DNA of 64,000 bases from assembly GCA_030265395.1 (NCBI GenBank), contig JARFYF010000084.1:104773140-104837139 (forward strand), in the 5' to 3' direction. Each line of letters begins with the position of its first letter. Within the stretch, counting starts at the first letter, position 1. A model generated the notes under the pieces. That model did no database searches, was not told the origin of the DNA, and saw only the letters and a list, made by a program, of their open reading frames with translations. The position numbers and the translations under genes were made by a program. This DNA is from Rhina ancylostomus (taxonomy: Eukaryota). Of the stretch, positions 36,634 to 50,100 are shown piece by piece.

Positions 36634-39600
36634 GTGTGCCCAGTTGGAAGAATTCATTGTCACAGCTCACTGCTGAAGTTATGCAGAAACATTGAACGAA
36701 CGCAAAACGATATCCAGAGAGGGCGAGCAATTAAACTCGAAAATTTTATTTACGCTCGCCGCATTTGGAATTTTAAATCTACTGCGGTAATATTAACAAA
36801 ACAGATAGCTACAATTAAAAAAGGACTTTATGACTCGTCCCGCTGTTTGTAACCACAGCAACAGAGACGATCCCATGTCATTTGCCTTGAATGCCACAGC
36901 CCCTTAATATGCTACCACACTGGTCTTAACTCCCTCTTCTGTAGGTATAAAAGCTAACTCATATCTTTAATCACCGTTAGTATCATTCATTATTAAAACA
37001 ACCTCACACGCAACATTAAACTTCCATGATACGAGAACATGTCTCGCTAGTATCTCTGCCAATGTGGTTGATCAATCTCTTATAATCTGCTCTGGTCACC
37101 CGTCACCTCCGGCGGGAGTCTGACCAGAGAATGGAAGTTTCAGGGCTGATTATCCCTTCACCCCCAAGGTTAGAGGTGACGTCCATGGCGCAACAGAAGT
37201 TCAAAGCCAGGAAACAAGCAGGAAAACAGAATGAAAACCAGCATTAAAGATATTGTAATGTAACTGAAATGTATTGCAATCTCTTCTGATGTACGTCCCT
37301 ATGTATCGAAACAAACATAGTCGAATATCTGCCAAACCGAGAGCAAGGATTCGCAAAATTTCCCCAGTGAGAGTTTTGGTTTTGTTCGCAGAATAAAGTT
37401 TAAACCAATATAATTTTTGACATTTTGTCTAATTTTGGTAACATGAGCATGCGATTTTCAACGTGACAGGACTATAACTTGTGCTAAGGGCAAGCTAACT
37501 GAAATTGCATTGTCCGAAATTTGATCTGATTGTCTTAGTTTCCAGAAAATCAACTAAAGAAAAACGTACCAATGTATGTAGACAGATGTGGAATGTTCTC
37601 CAGCTTTAATGGTTGTTTATTACGTACATGAAACGAACAATAATACAATACTTTGCAGGTGTTTTAGTTTCGGCTTGAATACCCAACAAAGTTCGCCCTC
37701 GAGAAAAAGCACCTTAATTACTTTTTCTACATTAAAGCCAATTGTGCGCTCTCTGAACGTGTACATGCAATTTTACCCCACTTTAGTCAAATTGATAAAT
37801 ATAAATTATATACAAATGTTAAGCAAATGTCGATATCACATTTAATTAAACGGCATCTGATTAAGACATTGCTCTTAAAAGAATTGGTGTTCTTTTTCGA
37901 AACCTAAATGCTTAATGTAAAAAAAAACACCACTAGTGTGATGCATATTCCAGCCTTTTAATGCATTTCAGTGTTTTGCAAAATAAAATAGAATTTACCA
38001 AAAATAAAGATAACGGCGAGCAGTCAACCGCTATCATCTGTCATTTTATGAGAATGAATAATAAAATAAGCTATTCTGGTGATGTTAATGACAAAAGCCA
38101 CAACGAAACATTTAAATTAAATTGATAAAATAAACAGAAGTGATTTGGGGCTGGTATATGTTGTTAGGTAACGTGTGGGCGATTTTTGTACAATACGGCC
38201 TATAGGTATATCGGCCTATAAAAAGCTTATATGGTGAATGTACAGGAAATGTTACCATTGTGCAATAAAACACTTATGTGTTTAATGAAAATACTTTTCT
38301 GTCTTTGGTTCACACGGATAAAGATGGCTTCAATGTTGCAAATACTGCAAACTTGTCATCTTTTGGAGGAATCCGTGAAAAGATTAGATGAATGAGCAGC
38401 AGCTTTTAAACCCAATTCCTATACACATTCATATTGTACCAAAAGAGCGACATATTTACAATACTTTGTGCTCAAGTATGCCATCACGGGTAGCATCTCT
38501 TCCCTTTGAAAAGTTAAAAGTAAAAACTGCATCTGAAAATTACGAAGCACAATGTATCAAGTACAAATAAACACACACGGGTTGCTTCAGCGAGCATAAA
38601 ATAGCCGGTTTTCAAATATCTTATTATTCCAAGCTATGTATTAAATGGTAAGGTGTTTATGTATCGAGGCCAACAGCTAAAATATACAGATTTTTACATG
38701 TTAAACTGAATTTAACCACACTTGCTTATTTTAATGACTAATATAAATTCGACACTCATTAGAAACGGTGTTTCTTTTTGCTATGAATTTCAAATTGGAT
38801 ATTTGCATGCATGTTCTCGTTTGGGATAATTATGGGGGTGGGGGATGGGAGTACTGACTGTTATTTATGGAAATAAACGTGGATCTATTGTAGAGATTCG
38901 AAGTTGTCATCTGCCTTTCATATAGACAAGTTTTAGTCGGCTAAGCAGCGATAAACAGGCATTATTTGTAGAATTGCTGCGCTAAGTTCCCTCCTTTCGA
39001 AGGCTCAGTTGCAAAAGAATGAGGCTGCTTGCTATTCTTTGTAACCGAAGATAACAAACATATATCCAATTGTGACTGGCAGTGAGAGCCACTATAATGT
39101 TCCTAATCTAAAGCATGCGCATCTTATCACCTTATTTTTAAAAATATTTTTATATTGCAGCTGGTCCACAACCGTCAACTCTTTCTCCCAGGGCTTCAGT
39201 ACACGTGTCCGTTTATGTATAGAAGCTGCCTTCTTCCTTGAATTAAAAAAATCAGTTTTGCTTAACTAAGTCCAAACGTTCACCTTGACATCTCAAAGTT
39301 AATCGCTAGAGACACTCTCTGTATGAATTACACAGACAACGTATATGAGTTTATAAGTGTGNNNNNNNNNNNNNNNNNNNNNNNNNNNNNNNNNNNNNNN
39401 NNNNNNNNNNNNNNNNNNNNNNNNNNNNNNNNNNNNNNNNNNNNNNNNNNNNNNNNNNNNNNNNNNNNNNNNNNNNNNNNNNNNNNNNNNNNNATTCCAG
39501 TTACTTTTTAAAGTTGAAACTAGACGTCCTAATTAGTTGTGGAAAGTTGTCTGGCCCGTCAGAGCTGTACTAAAGTGTCTGCTCACAAACTCGAACTTGA

Positions 39601-39688
39601 GTTTTTTTTTACCTCTGCATTCTGGCCTGGCCGATTTCATCGTAGAGGTTAGGAAGGTGGAATGCGTCTTTGTAAACTCAGGCTAATC

Positions 39689-39921
39689 TCAGAGTAATGG
39701 ATTCGTAGTGTAATATTGAAGGCGGTCCCTGTTTAACTTCTTTTCCTTCATCCTCCTGTTCTGAAACCAAATTTTAACTTGCCGGTCGGTTAAGTTGAGC
39801 ATCCGGGAAAGTTGTAGGCGCTTCTCCTTGTTGATGTAGACACTGAAAAAAAATTCTCTCTCCAGCTCCCTGATCTGGTACTTGGTATAGGGGCATCTTT
39901 TTTTACGTGTACGCTGGCCAC
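39689..39921 (-). CDS. HoxA11: HoxA11 exon 2 (homeodomain)
   Basis: The acceptor is ctgttacag|GT. Encodes [82 protein letters not shown] is typical of HoxA11. Confidence 0.96.
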
Positions 39922-40959
39922 CTGTAACAGGTAAACAGTGCGTTAAAACATTGATAGCTGTAAATAAGTGTAGCCAGTATTTTTCTGAGGATAATATATA
40001 CTTTGCCGTGAACAGGAAAAGCTGTATGTAGTTCCTACTTTTTATACGACTATATTTTCCACCAATGCTAAGATTCAGAAAAGTTCGCCAAAACATTAAA
40101 GCGCTTTTTCACATGTTGAATGGGCCTTGGAACAAAAGGTGGCTGTCTCGATTATCAGAATGGTTGTGGAACTTCTTAAGTTGAAGTTGTGTAATACTCC
40201 CTTTCCAAAGAGATACTTGAAATTACAAAAGGGCTCTCTGTATCCAGGGACTAGCTACACTCTTTGTAAATAAATAATTTTGAAAGGTGAAACGCTCGAA
40301 TATGAGAGCACTAAAGACAAAATAAGCGCAATGCAAGACGTTTTATATTATCCAGCATATTAAATCTACCTATCACTATACAGATGCTGGGAAACTGGAA
40401 TTAGTTTCCTTAGAGGAGGGTGCTTTGTTGTGTGGATATTTCTTGCTGTAAAAGTCAACATAAGGAACCTCCAGAACTAATATTGCAGCGTTAAGGCTGG
40501 GTTTACCACACGCCCAGCTATAAAATGTGATTATTAAATAAAATATGGTCACTCGGTCCTGAAATAAGTTTTTTTTAATGATGGAAAGCTCCGTACGTAA
40601 GGTATTGCACTATTTATGTTGCTGTTAAAAACGTCATTTTGCCCTGTTATGTTTTAAAGCGGTTACTTATGGAACTGAATACAACCTATAAATAGAGTTT
40701 TTGTGTCAACACGTGTTTTATAGAATTTGTGAGCTGTATTAATACACGCATGGATCACAGCGGCCAAAACACTATTTTTTTATGAATGCACACCTAATAA
40801 TTTAAATGATCAGATTTTTAATCCAAGATTCACTTTTTGAGGTGCTACTTGAGGTATTTTAATGCAGGGATTGGCTGGTGTTATTTCACGGCCAATTTCA
40901 GAGCGGAACACGTGATCCTGTCATTTATATAAAAAAAAAGTTTTGTTGGGAAATCTACA

Positions 40960-41030
40960 GGCCATCCATAAACCCCCTTATATGCTTATAAAACAGCACA
41001 TAAAAATTTTAACAGCAGCGCGCGAGATCG
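40960..41030. promoter_or_regulatory. Clustered (C/T)ATAAA Hox/Cdx sites at the 5' end of the HoxA11 intron
   Basis: CCATAAAC...TTATATGCTTATAAAACAGCACATAAAAATTTT. Confidence 0.5.
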
Positions 41031-41069
41031 CAAAACTTTCCTTCATAAGTAGGCACTGATTCTACCTAC

Positions 41070-41679
41070 TAGAGTTGCTGCTTTTTTCCTCATTGTTGCC
41101 GGAAGAAGATTCCGGGCTGCTGCTCCCGGGACTCGTCTCCTTCTCCACCGACACCCTGGAAGTCTCCGAACTTGAAGTTGCCGCAGACGGCACTTTACCT
41201 GGGCTCTTCTCCCCGCAATACTCCGACTGCTGATTCTCACTAGAACCGTAGGCAGTCTCGAAGAACTGGTCAAATCCTTGCGGCAGAACACCGTTCCTAC
41301 CCACCGGGTTGTAGAAGCTGGAAGACGCGTTGGAACTAGGGTGGTAAACGCTGGCGCTATTTTTCATTAACATCTCGCCCATGGTGCTGGCAGGCAGACA
41401 TTCTCTGTGCATCAGCTCCTCTGCGGAATAGCAATGGGGGAGATTGCTTCTGTGATGCCACTTATTGGAAGGATCGATGGCATAGTCTCTGAAGGTAACT
41501 TCTCGCACAGGTTGAACCTGGGGGATATTAGACGAGTAAGAGTATGTCATGGGACGAGAAGCCGGTGTTTGGGGTAAAAAAGAAGGCAGGCTGGAGAAAT
41601 CCGGACCCGAGACATAATAGGTACAGCTAGGCAAATAAAGATTAGAGCCACAAGAAACCCGCTCATCAAAATCCATCAT
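41070..41679 (-). CDS. HoxA11: HoxA11 exon 1
   Basis: Starts [24 protein letters not shown] and contains [12 protein letters not shown] and [20 protein letters not shown]. The donor is TCT A|GTAGG at 41070/41069. Length is 610 nt (phase 1). The start could also be at 41676 or at the in-frame ATG at 41718. Confidence 0.94.
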
Positions 41680-41734
41680 CGCTTTCTTGGGGTCCCCTAG
41701 CGCAAGAATAGCTTGCATTCGCACAGCTAAACAT
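41666..41734 (-). other. Overlapping uORF in the HoxA11 leader (22 aa)
   Basis: ATG at 41734 gives [22 protein letters not shown]. It is out of frame and ends after the main ATGs. Confidence 0.6.
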
Positions 41735-41797
41735 GGTCCTTAGATGCTGCTGCCTCTTTGAAGCTGATCCGCGGAGTAAAAATTTGGAAACGTAAGC

Positions 41798-41848
41798 TGA
41801 CGTGGAAATGTATCTCCATACATCGCAGGGACAAGCCAGTCATGTGAC
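41798..41848 (-). promoter_or_regulatory. HoxA11 proximal promoter (TGACGTGG and GTCATGTGAC E-box)
   Basis: TGACGTGG at 41798-41805 and GTCATGTGAC at 41839-41848, 120-170 nt upstream of the ATG. Confidence 0.55.
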
Positions 41849-44112
41849 CAGATGCCTGGAGAAATTGACATGCATCACTTTGGATTCCCCCCTCGCACCA
41901 GGAGCGCAAAGCTCTTTACAACTGAGCCCTGCACATTTCTAACCGGGGAAAGGAAAGCTCGAATAATACTGTGAAGGTGTTCAAGCTTCGCACCAGAGAC
42001 GCGTTTGGCACATTTACTTCATGTCTCTCCAACAAGCTGACTTGAACCAAGAGCAGACATGGAAGTAACTTATAACGATTTCCGCAGCAAAAAAAAAATC
42101 AAACACTGCTTATTTTTTTAAAGAGCGATTTTCGAATTATCACACATACGCATTGCTACTGCAGGAAAAAAAACCGGGAACATTCGACATTTTATTGGAA
42201 AATAATCCCCTTATCTTTCCTCTTGTCACTTTAATGAAAGGCAACGTGCAGCATATTTATTTCTGCAACACAACATTTGTGAATGGATGGATAAGTAATA
42301 ATCAAAACTGTGTCAGAATCTTACCGCAAATATGGTGAGAACATATTTTTCAATGAATAAATCATAATTTATCCGCCAATATCCCCTCTATTTTCAACCC
42401 CAAATATCCTCCCCCCTCCGGTCCCACCTCCCCCTTCCACAAAAAATAAAACACGGGAGCATACAATCATTTGTAGACCCCCACAAAGATTTAGGGAGGA
42501 TAAGTTAGACTGACGACAAGTTCGAAATGGATGTGAGCTTGTTTGTGTCTTTGTGACTGTATCCAAATCGACATTAGGTTATTTTTCCCCATAAAAATTG
42601 AATCCGCACGAATCAGCCAAATGTGTTTCTGAAAATTGTTATGGTGCTTCTGATTTGAGGACAAATGGGACATGGTCACGTTCAACACCACATACAAAAC
42701 CGGCGCCCTCTCAGCACAGTTATATAAATCCTGTATCCATTTAGCTGGATTTCAAGAAATATTACCGAAAGCAATCTAAGATTTAGCCAATCTTCACATT
42801 TCAGGCGGAGTGCTTCTGAACATGTTGTTCACGACGGAACACTTGCAATTATTTGTAAAAAAAAGTTTAGGACGAAACAAGGCGTGAACAAAGCGGAATA
42901 AAAATCTGTTTGACATTGGCCGTGGGCACATTGTTCTATATTTCTATAAAATCTCAACAAAGTCACATGAATAAGAAGCAGAGTTATATTTAATGTGTTT
43001 CAGATTAAATAAACAATGGTCTTAGTTTGGCGAGGGAAAGATTAATTAAAGAACCTCCAATAAAGTGCATTTTATTTAGATATATGACCACTGTCTAACA
43101 AACTGTATGGTTTAAATGCACACTAAGAGTTTGAAAGCCATGCAATGAATCCTGGTGCTGTTGAATAGAATGGTACCATAGATAAGAGTTGAAGTTAAAC
43201 TTTGCTTTAAGAATTTGTCACATATTAGCTTATTGCTGTTCCAAAAACAATCGCGCAGTGCCAAAACAAACAGGTTTCCTGGGGATAAGGACCTTTGCCA
43301 TAAACATTTGCCAGAAAGACCTAACTCTAAATTAAGTTCCGTGCACAGTATCTTTACGAGCAACCGTGTTAGTTGCAAGTTAATAATTTAATCTTTTTTT
43401 CTGATTGTTTCGTTACGATAAGTGCACAACACTGCTATGAAAAGTCTGCAAAATACTCGAAATGCAGATTTTACTTATTTTTCTGGCCCGCGCAACCGAC
43501 TAAGCCACTAGCTATAAAAATAAGACTATCTTATAAAAGAGTAATGCTAGATTCCGAAAACATCGAGAATGTTAATAGGATTTTCGAAGCCATAATTTGT
43601 AACAAGGCTTTGCAATACTCAATGTTAAGATTCTTTGTGTAATTTCACCGTTGGTCAACCGCCTATCTCTACAATAGACTCTGGTACACAACTGCATTTT
43701 TATTTAACTTATGCACATTTAAAAATATATACGCACGGAATAGAATGAAAAAGTGAAGCTATCCTGTGATATTTGACAGTTTGAAATTAAGATCCAAATT
43801 AATTCACATTCAGTTGTTTAAAAACGATTTGCGATGAGATAGATTTAGTCACTGTGGTCAAAGCTGCAGATATAAAATGTGAAAGTTCGTGATTTTTAGA
43901 AAATGAAAGGAAGTCCAGTGGGAAAATGACACGATCTGTCCCGATACCAACAGACAAATTCCGGCACTGTGCTTTTCATAAAATAACTAAATATAATCCG
44001 CCTACGAGAACCGAGAGCGGTTTAGCCTGACCTGTGGTTTTAATAGCAGTTTTGACAACCAGCTTTACCAGACGCCCGCATAGACATTGTAGCTGACCAG
44101 GGGTTAGCTAAA

Positions 44113-44129
44113 GACGCCACCTACATGGA
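44113..44129 (-). promoter_or_regulatory. CTCF-like motif upstream of HoxA11
   Basis: The minus strand reads CCATGTAGGTGGCGTC, within a GC-richer block. Confidence 0.4.
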
Positions 44130-47100
44130 ATCCCTGACATTCCCAGCTAACGTGAGCAATCAGGCGTTCCCAAAAGCGTCAAGGACGCGGTCTTTGTCTG
44201 ATAAAAATCGGACTGAATTTTGAAAGAGTGAGCTTTTTAGCTGCTCGTTGCGCGTTTTTACTACCAGTGGATCAAAATCTAATCTCTTGTCCCTTTTCTT
44301 TCCTACGAAAGGACTGGGTTTTGCGTGCATGGATTGCTGTATGCTTTAACGCCATATGCCTATAATTTTGTAGAAATAACAACAAAACAAAGTTACAGCT
44401 ATTTAATAATCCTCCAAACTAAAAAGGGAAAGCTGCGATTGAGTTTCCGTTTAAATAAAGCTGAAAATGAGCTAAAATGCAGTCACTATCTTAATCGCTG
44501 CGCCATTTTCCAGCCATCTGTATTTCTCAGTTATCATACTTCCTCTGCAGTAAGTATAGTCCTTTTTTTTTAATAGTTGTTTTTTAGTTATAGATTCAGG
44601 ATGAAATTGAATTATTTTTTAAAATTTTTTATTGATCTCTCAGCTTTCAACAACACAGTCAGGCAATGTTAAAGAGATAGTTCCAAGAAAAATATACCTA
44701 CCTTGTTGATCTTTTATTAGACGCAAACTGCGGCCATTTGGTTGATATTTGATGGGAATGAAATCTAATGTAAATGCCGAAGTTTAAGGAGATCAGTGAA
44801 TTATTGCGGCGCAGGCTATTTTTCTGCAGGAGTCCAACTCCGTGGGAGAGCTGAGACCCGGATGAAGTTGAATTTCTTCACACTGAGGTGTACTTCGAAG
44901 CTTTGTTGAAGATATTGTTAGAAACGAAATGGGATCAAAAATTTCCGTTTCAAAGTTTGTCATCAAAAGGTAGTCCCAATATAAGATAGGGGGTCAGGCG
45001 AAGTTTTCATCTGAGTTTTGCGAGGGCTTTGCAAGAGCGGGCAACCGACTTAACATTGAACTTCAACTTTGAAAAACGTTGTACAAGCGAAATGAATATA
45101 TTTCTCAAAAACAAGAGTAATATCACGCGAAGTTATTTTTTTCAGTACGAAAGCATCTTAAATCTACTGTCGTCTTGAAAAATAGCTAAATACTTGGATC
45201 ATGGCCTGCCCCCACTTGTAAAATAAATTGTGTCATTAATTGACTCTGACTAGAACAGTAAATGAAAATACATTTTGTCGTGTTTGGATTCATTCATTTT
45301 CAAGTCTCACTATCCATGTGGAAAAGCTGAAAACTATATTTTCAGCAATGGAACTTATACTATCACCGTCAACCGAATCACTACGGAATGAAAACGGCCA
45401 GCCATATTGTGCCTTGCAGGCTTTACAAGGAATTGTGTCGCATTAGTTCTTCATTTCTTCCCACGAATTACATTGGACCGTAATTAAAGTTGGCAAATGA
45501 AGCAACATATGTCTTAATTGCGTATAACAGCAGAGCATTTTGCTATATTATGCCCCAAGCTAATCTTTTAACGCGGCGTATTCAAACACTTCTCCAATAT
45601 TTCCTTTTGTCCCCCTAGAAGACAAATTAAAAGAGCATCTTCGCGCATTAAGGGATAATGGCTATTTCCTGGTGTAATATGAAATTTTAGCTTGGAATCT
45701 TTCAACGACAGTAACCGCGGTCCTCTAACGGAATTTTTCCATTTTAATGTAATACCCACTTTAAGTTATTAGGTCAAAAATAATCTGGTTCTGGAATTGG
45801 TACAATAAACTGCGGAAGTTTATAAATCGAAGCAATACCATTCTTCTTTCTAAGCCAATGGTGTGAAATCAACTCAAATAAAAACAAATCCCTTCTTGAT
45901 GATTGGGAGGGTAGGGAGGCCTACAATGTCTTTATTTTATTTTTATTTTTCTTCAACCAAAGATATTCCGAGTCCCAAAATATAAAATGAAAACGCTTGG
46001 CTTCAGAAGAGTGCACTCCTTTTGAACGAAAATCCATGTTGTTTTTGTTTTGTGTGCTCGGTTGTTTTGTCCCCTTGTTCAGTGGCACTGACAGTGACAA
46101 GACAACGGTAACTGGCCGCCATTTTTATGCCTGATGCCTCCGAAATTTTACACAAAAGTTCAGTTAAACACTGGAAGAAACTTGCAGCTGAATAGGAGGA
46201 TGCGTTGCATTGATAAAAACACTTCTCTTAAAGCCGCAAAAAAAAACAGGTCCAGAATTAAAAGGGTAAAGCTCCCAAGTGGATTGTTGTACTTGAATTT
46301 GAAAACAATGCCAGAGTTCTATCGTTTTTTATATTTTAATTTTTTTGTTGACCTGCAATAGGGTTCTTAAATGACCGTCACATACAATGCACATTGAATA
46401 TTGTGGCCGGTAATTGAGCAAAAATAATATTTTCAACTTGTTTTTCCAATGTACTTTTTGTGCCCCATGAAAGCCAGTGAAGCACGGTCATGTACGCATA
46501 TTTAATTTTAAAAAAGGCAATGAAACCAAAGGTCATTCCGCAATGGAAGTTGCAAATGAACATTTTATATTTTTAATTGTTTGCGAGGAAGTTTGTCTTA
46601 TTATCCGAAATCAACTTCTTATGTTATGTAAGGTTTATGTGTTTCTGTAGCATTTGCCATTCGGAATATCGCGCTTCTGCTTTGGTAAGTATGGATGATC
46701 TTGATTCCGATTTTAACCTGCATTTTTTCCCAATAAAATTGCAAAATTCTATGGCATGTTTTATTGTGACAATTTGTGCATATTTTTCAATAAAACCCAA
46801 AACCTAGAGCTCAAAGGTGTCAACTTGTCCAGTGATGCAGGGGGGAAAAGAACCCTCAGCGGTGATTTTAAAAGTTCACGACGGCAAAATAAACGGATCA
46901 TTAATTAATATTGAGGCTTCTCTTTTGAACAATTGGACCTAACCGTCATAAAATTACCGTTTTATTTACAAATAAACACTACACTTCGCTTCCGAGCATT
47001 TTTGAGTCTATGATGCGCGAATTTATTTTGAACTATTAATTCATTATCATTTTTGCAAGCAACGTATATTTGAGATGCACTGCTGAGTTCACGGGATAGT

Positions 47101-50100
47101 TTTAACCCTAGCACACACAATTTAAGAAGTTNNNNNNNNNNNNNNNNNNNNNNNNNNNNNNNNNNNNNNNNNNNNNNNNNNNNNNNNNNNNNNNNNNNNN
47201 NNNNNNNNNNNNNNNNNNNNNNNNNNNNNNNAAGAAGTTGAAGAGTTACCCTTTAGACACAGTAGTATTTCAGCTCTATGTCTAGGACCTCGAGATTCAT
47301 GAAGTATAAAGATATGAAGGTTGAGTAAAACCAATTAATAGTTCAGCGGCGAATTTCGGCAGTAATTTTTCCACGAAATTACATACAAAAAAGTGAAGTT
47401 TCGTCCTAATCGACTCACTCTTTAATTACAATATATAAGCCTAGCCGAGCCTTACTCAATACCGAAATATCTCCAAGGTATGGCAAATTTCATCTGAACT
47501 GTCGGATTTGAACTTGAAAGCTCCTTACTTTGAACTTGGCTAGTAGTCACAGATCGGAATTTCAGAACTCCTTTGGTTAAAAGGTACACTATACACCTCC
47601 ACATGGCGTAAAATCTGGAACTATTCCCTTCATTTTCAGATGAATTCTTCCAGCGCTCTAATCCTCAACCTTTCAATAGATAGCCGCCGCCTCAGAATGC
47701 ACAGGTGCGGTGGATTCGGAGCATTTCCCGTAGCCTCATGTTAATCCAGTGCCCAGTCGCTATACTCAGATAAACACAGAAGCGGCAACCTCCTAATTGC
47801 ACCTAATCTTTGGTAGGTTAGCATATTCCNNNNCGTGATGCAATTGTCTCCCAGTTGAACATTCAGGACCAACACACGTCGCGTATGTGCTCACTAACTC
47901 TGCAATATGACAAAACGTCTCAATCCCTTTACCTGAAAGAATATATGAAAACCAAAGTGAAACTCTGGAATTATGTAAAATGTCAACAACAGGACAGGCC
48001 CGCGACTGCATGCGTCAAAGACGAATTGAACAGCGTTATTTCATGAAAGCTAAAATTAACGAATTGTAACTGTATTTATTCTATGCTTTATTGAAGAGTT
48101 GTGTAAGTTACTTTGGAGGCCATAGTTCGGAATACGTTTAAATATATTTCTTTGTTATCCCGATTGCAGAACGTAATAAATGTTTTGAGCTCAATGGGCA
48201 AAGTTCAAACCGCTATTTGCTGCTTCAGTTTTTAAATAACGTTTGTTCACAGAACTACGAATGAAATTACTACTGGAACTTTTATTTTATCTGTTTATAC
48301 ACATCTGTCCCATTTAGAGATGGGAAGTAAACATTTTACTGCTAATTCGTGAAGTATTTAAAAACAAATCACATTAGCAAAGAAGTGAGAGCTTTTTCAC
48401 ATTCCGAATAGAGATGCATAAATAACACTTCACGATAATAAATATAGTTGGACAAATTTTGTACAGGGAGGAAAATGTATATCTGTATTATTTTGACAAA
48501 ACATTAAGGAACGCCACTACATTATTAGACGACTGACTGGTAAGTCGATGTAAAAACGTATCACGGAAAACCCATTCAATTGTTTATAAGCTCCACCGGA
48601 AATTAGATTTACTTTCTGAAACAATGAACACAAATATTTTAACAAAATACTTTTGCTTAAAGTTTTATACAGAAATTATTTTAATTCAAGGCACGCATTT
48701 GGCGCTGGAATGAATAATGATAAAATTGAATTCAAAGGAAAGAAAATCTCATAAATTGAATAGTTGGGTGCGATTTAAAAGAAATTCTATGTTATACAAA
48801 ATATACTTTGAATATTTTAGGAGCGCGAATTTATATTGTTAAATGTAATTATACGGATCTAATCACACATGTATAATTTTCTAAAATGTAGATTGCGTTT
48901 ATAAATACACTCTGTTTTAAATCAACATCTGAAAAGATTTTAGTGAACTGAAATACATATTCCCTTTGAAACGAATTATAACACATAAGACGCGTGTTAC
49001 CTTAATCTAATTATACAAATTTGGTTATCCAAAGACGCATTCTACACGTGAAATACTATTTGCCCTAATTTGGCAAAAATAGTACCTGAATCGTTATTAG
49101 TTTAAATCCCACATATTTGCCTGTGCATATGAATAAGCATGTATTTTATGCTAATCTATTAAAGGTTGGTTTACTGGTTGATATGTATCTATTAAAATGC
49201 AGAAAGCAATTCTTTTCATCTATTATTCTCTGGTACATAAACCGCAAAGTAAAATTCCTGGGATTGCATCAGTAGTTTATGTATTATATAATCTTTTATT
49301 TTATGAAGCTCAGTTTCGTTTCTGCACAGTATACTAGATATCTAACCGACTTAATATTGCGAGGCCATGGTACCTTATTTCCAAAGTGTTCCATTTTCCG
49401 ACATATATTGCCAGCAATGTCAAATCCAGTACATCTATTTATGGACTGCATGTATAATCTATTATAAATCAGAGTAAAACAATGAATCAACTACTTATGT
49501 ACATTCAAGTATTTTTATGTAATTAGAAACAAAAATTATAACACAAAGGTTCTATTTGGTTTTTTTTCATTCAGAAAATCATTTTTATTTTTGAATTGAA
49601 GTGACGCAATAGTATTTGATGACAATTTCTAAAGTTAATCCAACAATTTTGAAGTCAATTTGACGCGATTTTCGAAGAGCTACATACAGTGACTGTATAG
49701 TACAGCTAGTTAAAAATCCAATTTACTTAGCCCGTTGTTGAATTCAACGGAAATTTTACATTTAATATTATTTTGAAGCAATTCATAAACATTAAATATA
49801 TATTTCAGTGTTTCTTATTGTTAAGAGTGTTCGTTTTGGATACGTTAAATTGCATGGTGGCAAGTTGTACTCAGCAGCAAACGGGAAAAAAACGCATTAT
49901 GTAGCATGTATATACATGTAGATACTTCATGCAGCGCATGCTGTCTGCCTTCAGAATAGATAATAAGGCTTCACTCGAGTGAAGAGAAGAAACAATTCAA
50001 GTAAGCCATTATATCAAGATAAATGAGCTTTCAGGCTGCAGGCAGAACACATAATCGGTGAGGTGAATGGTCACATATTTTTTAAAAGTGGCAACAAGCG

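Noticed and set aside
47483-47590. Minus-strand frame reading …KELSSSNPTVQMKF, faintly like Hox12 KELSNRLNLSDQQVKI, at the position where a HoxA12 would sit
   Set aside because: There is no WFQN or RKKR remnant and few identities, and HoxA12 is not known from any gnathostome. It would need a profile-HMM hit to be taken seriously.
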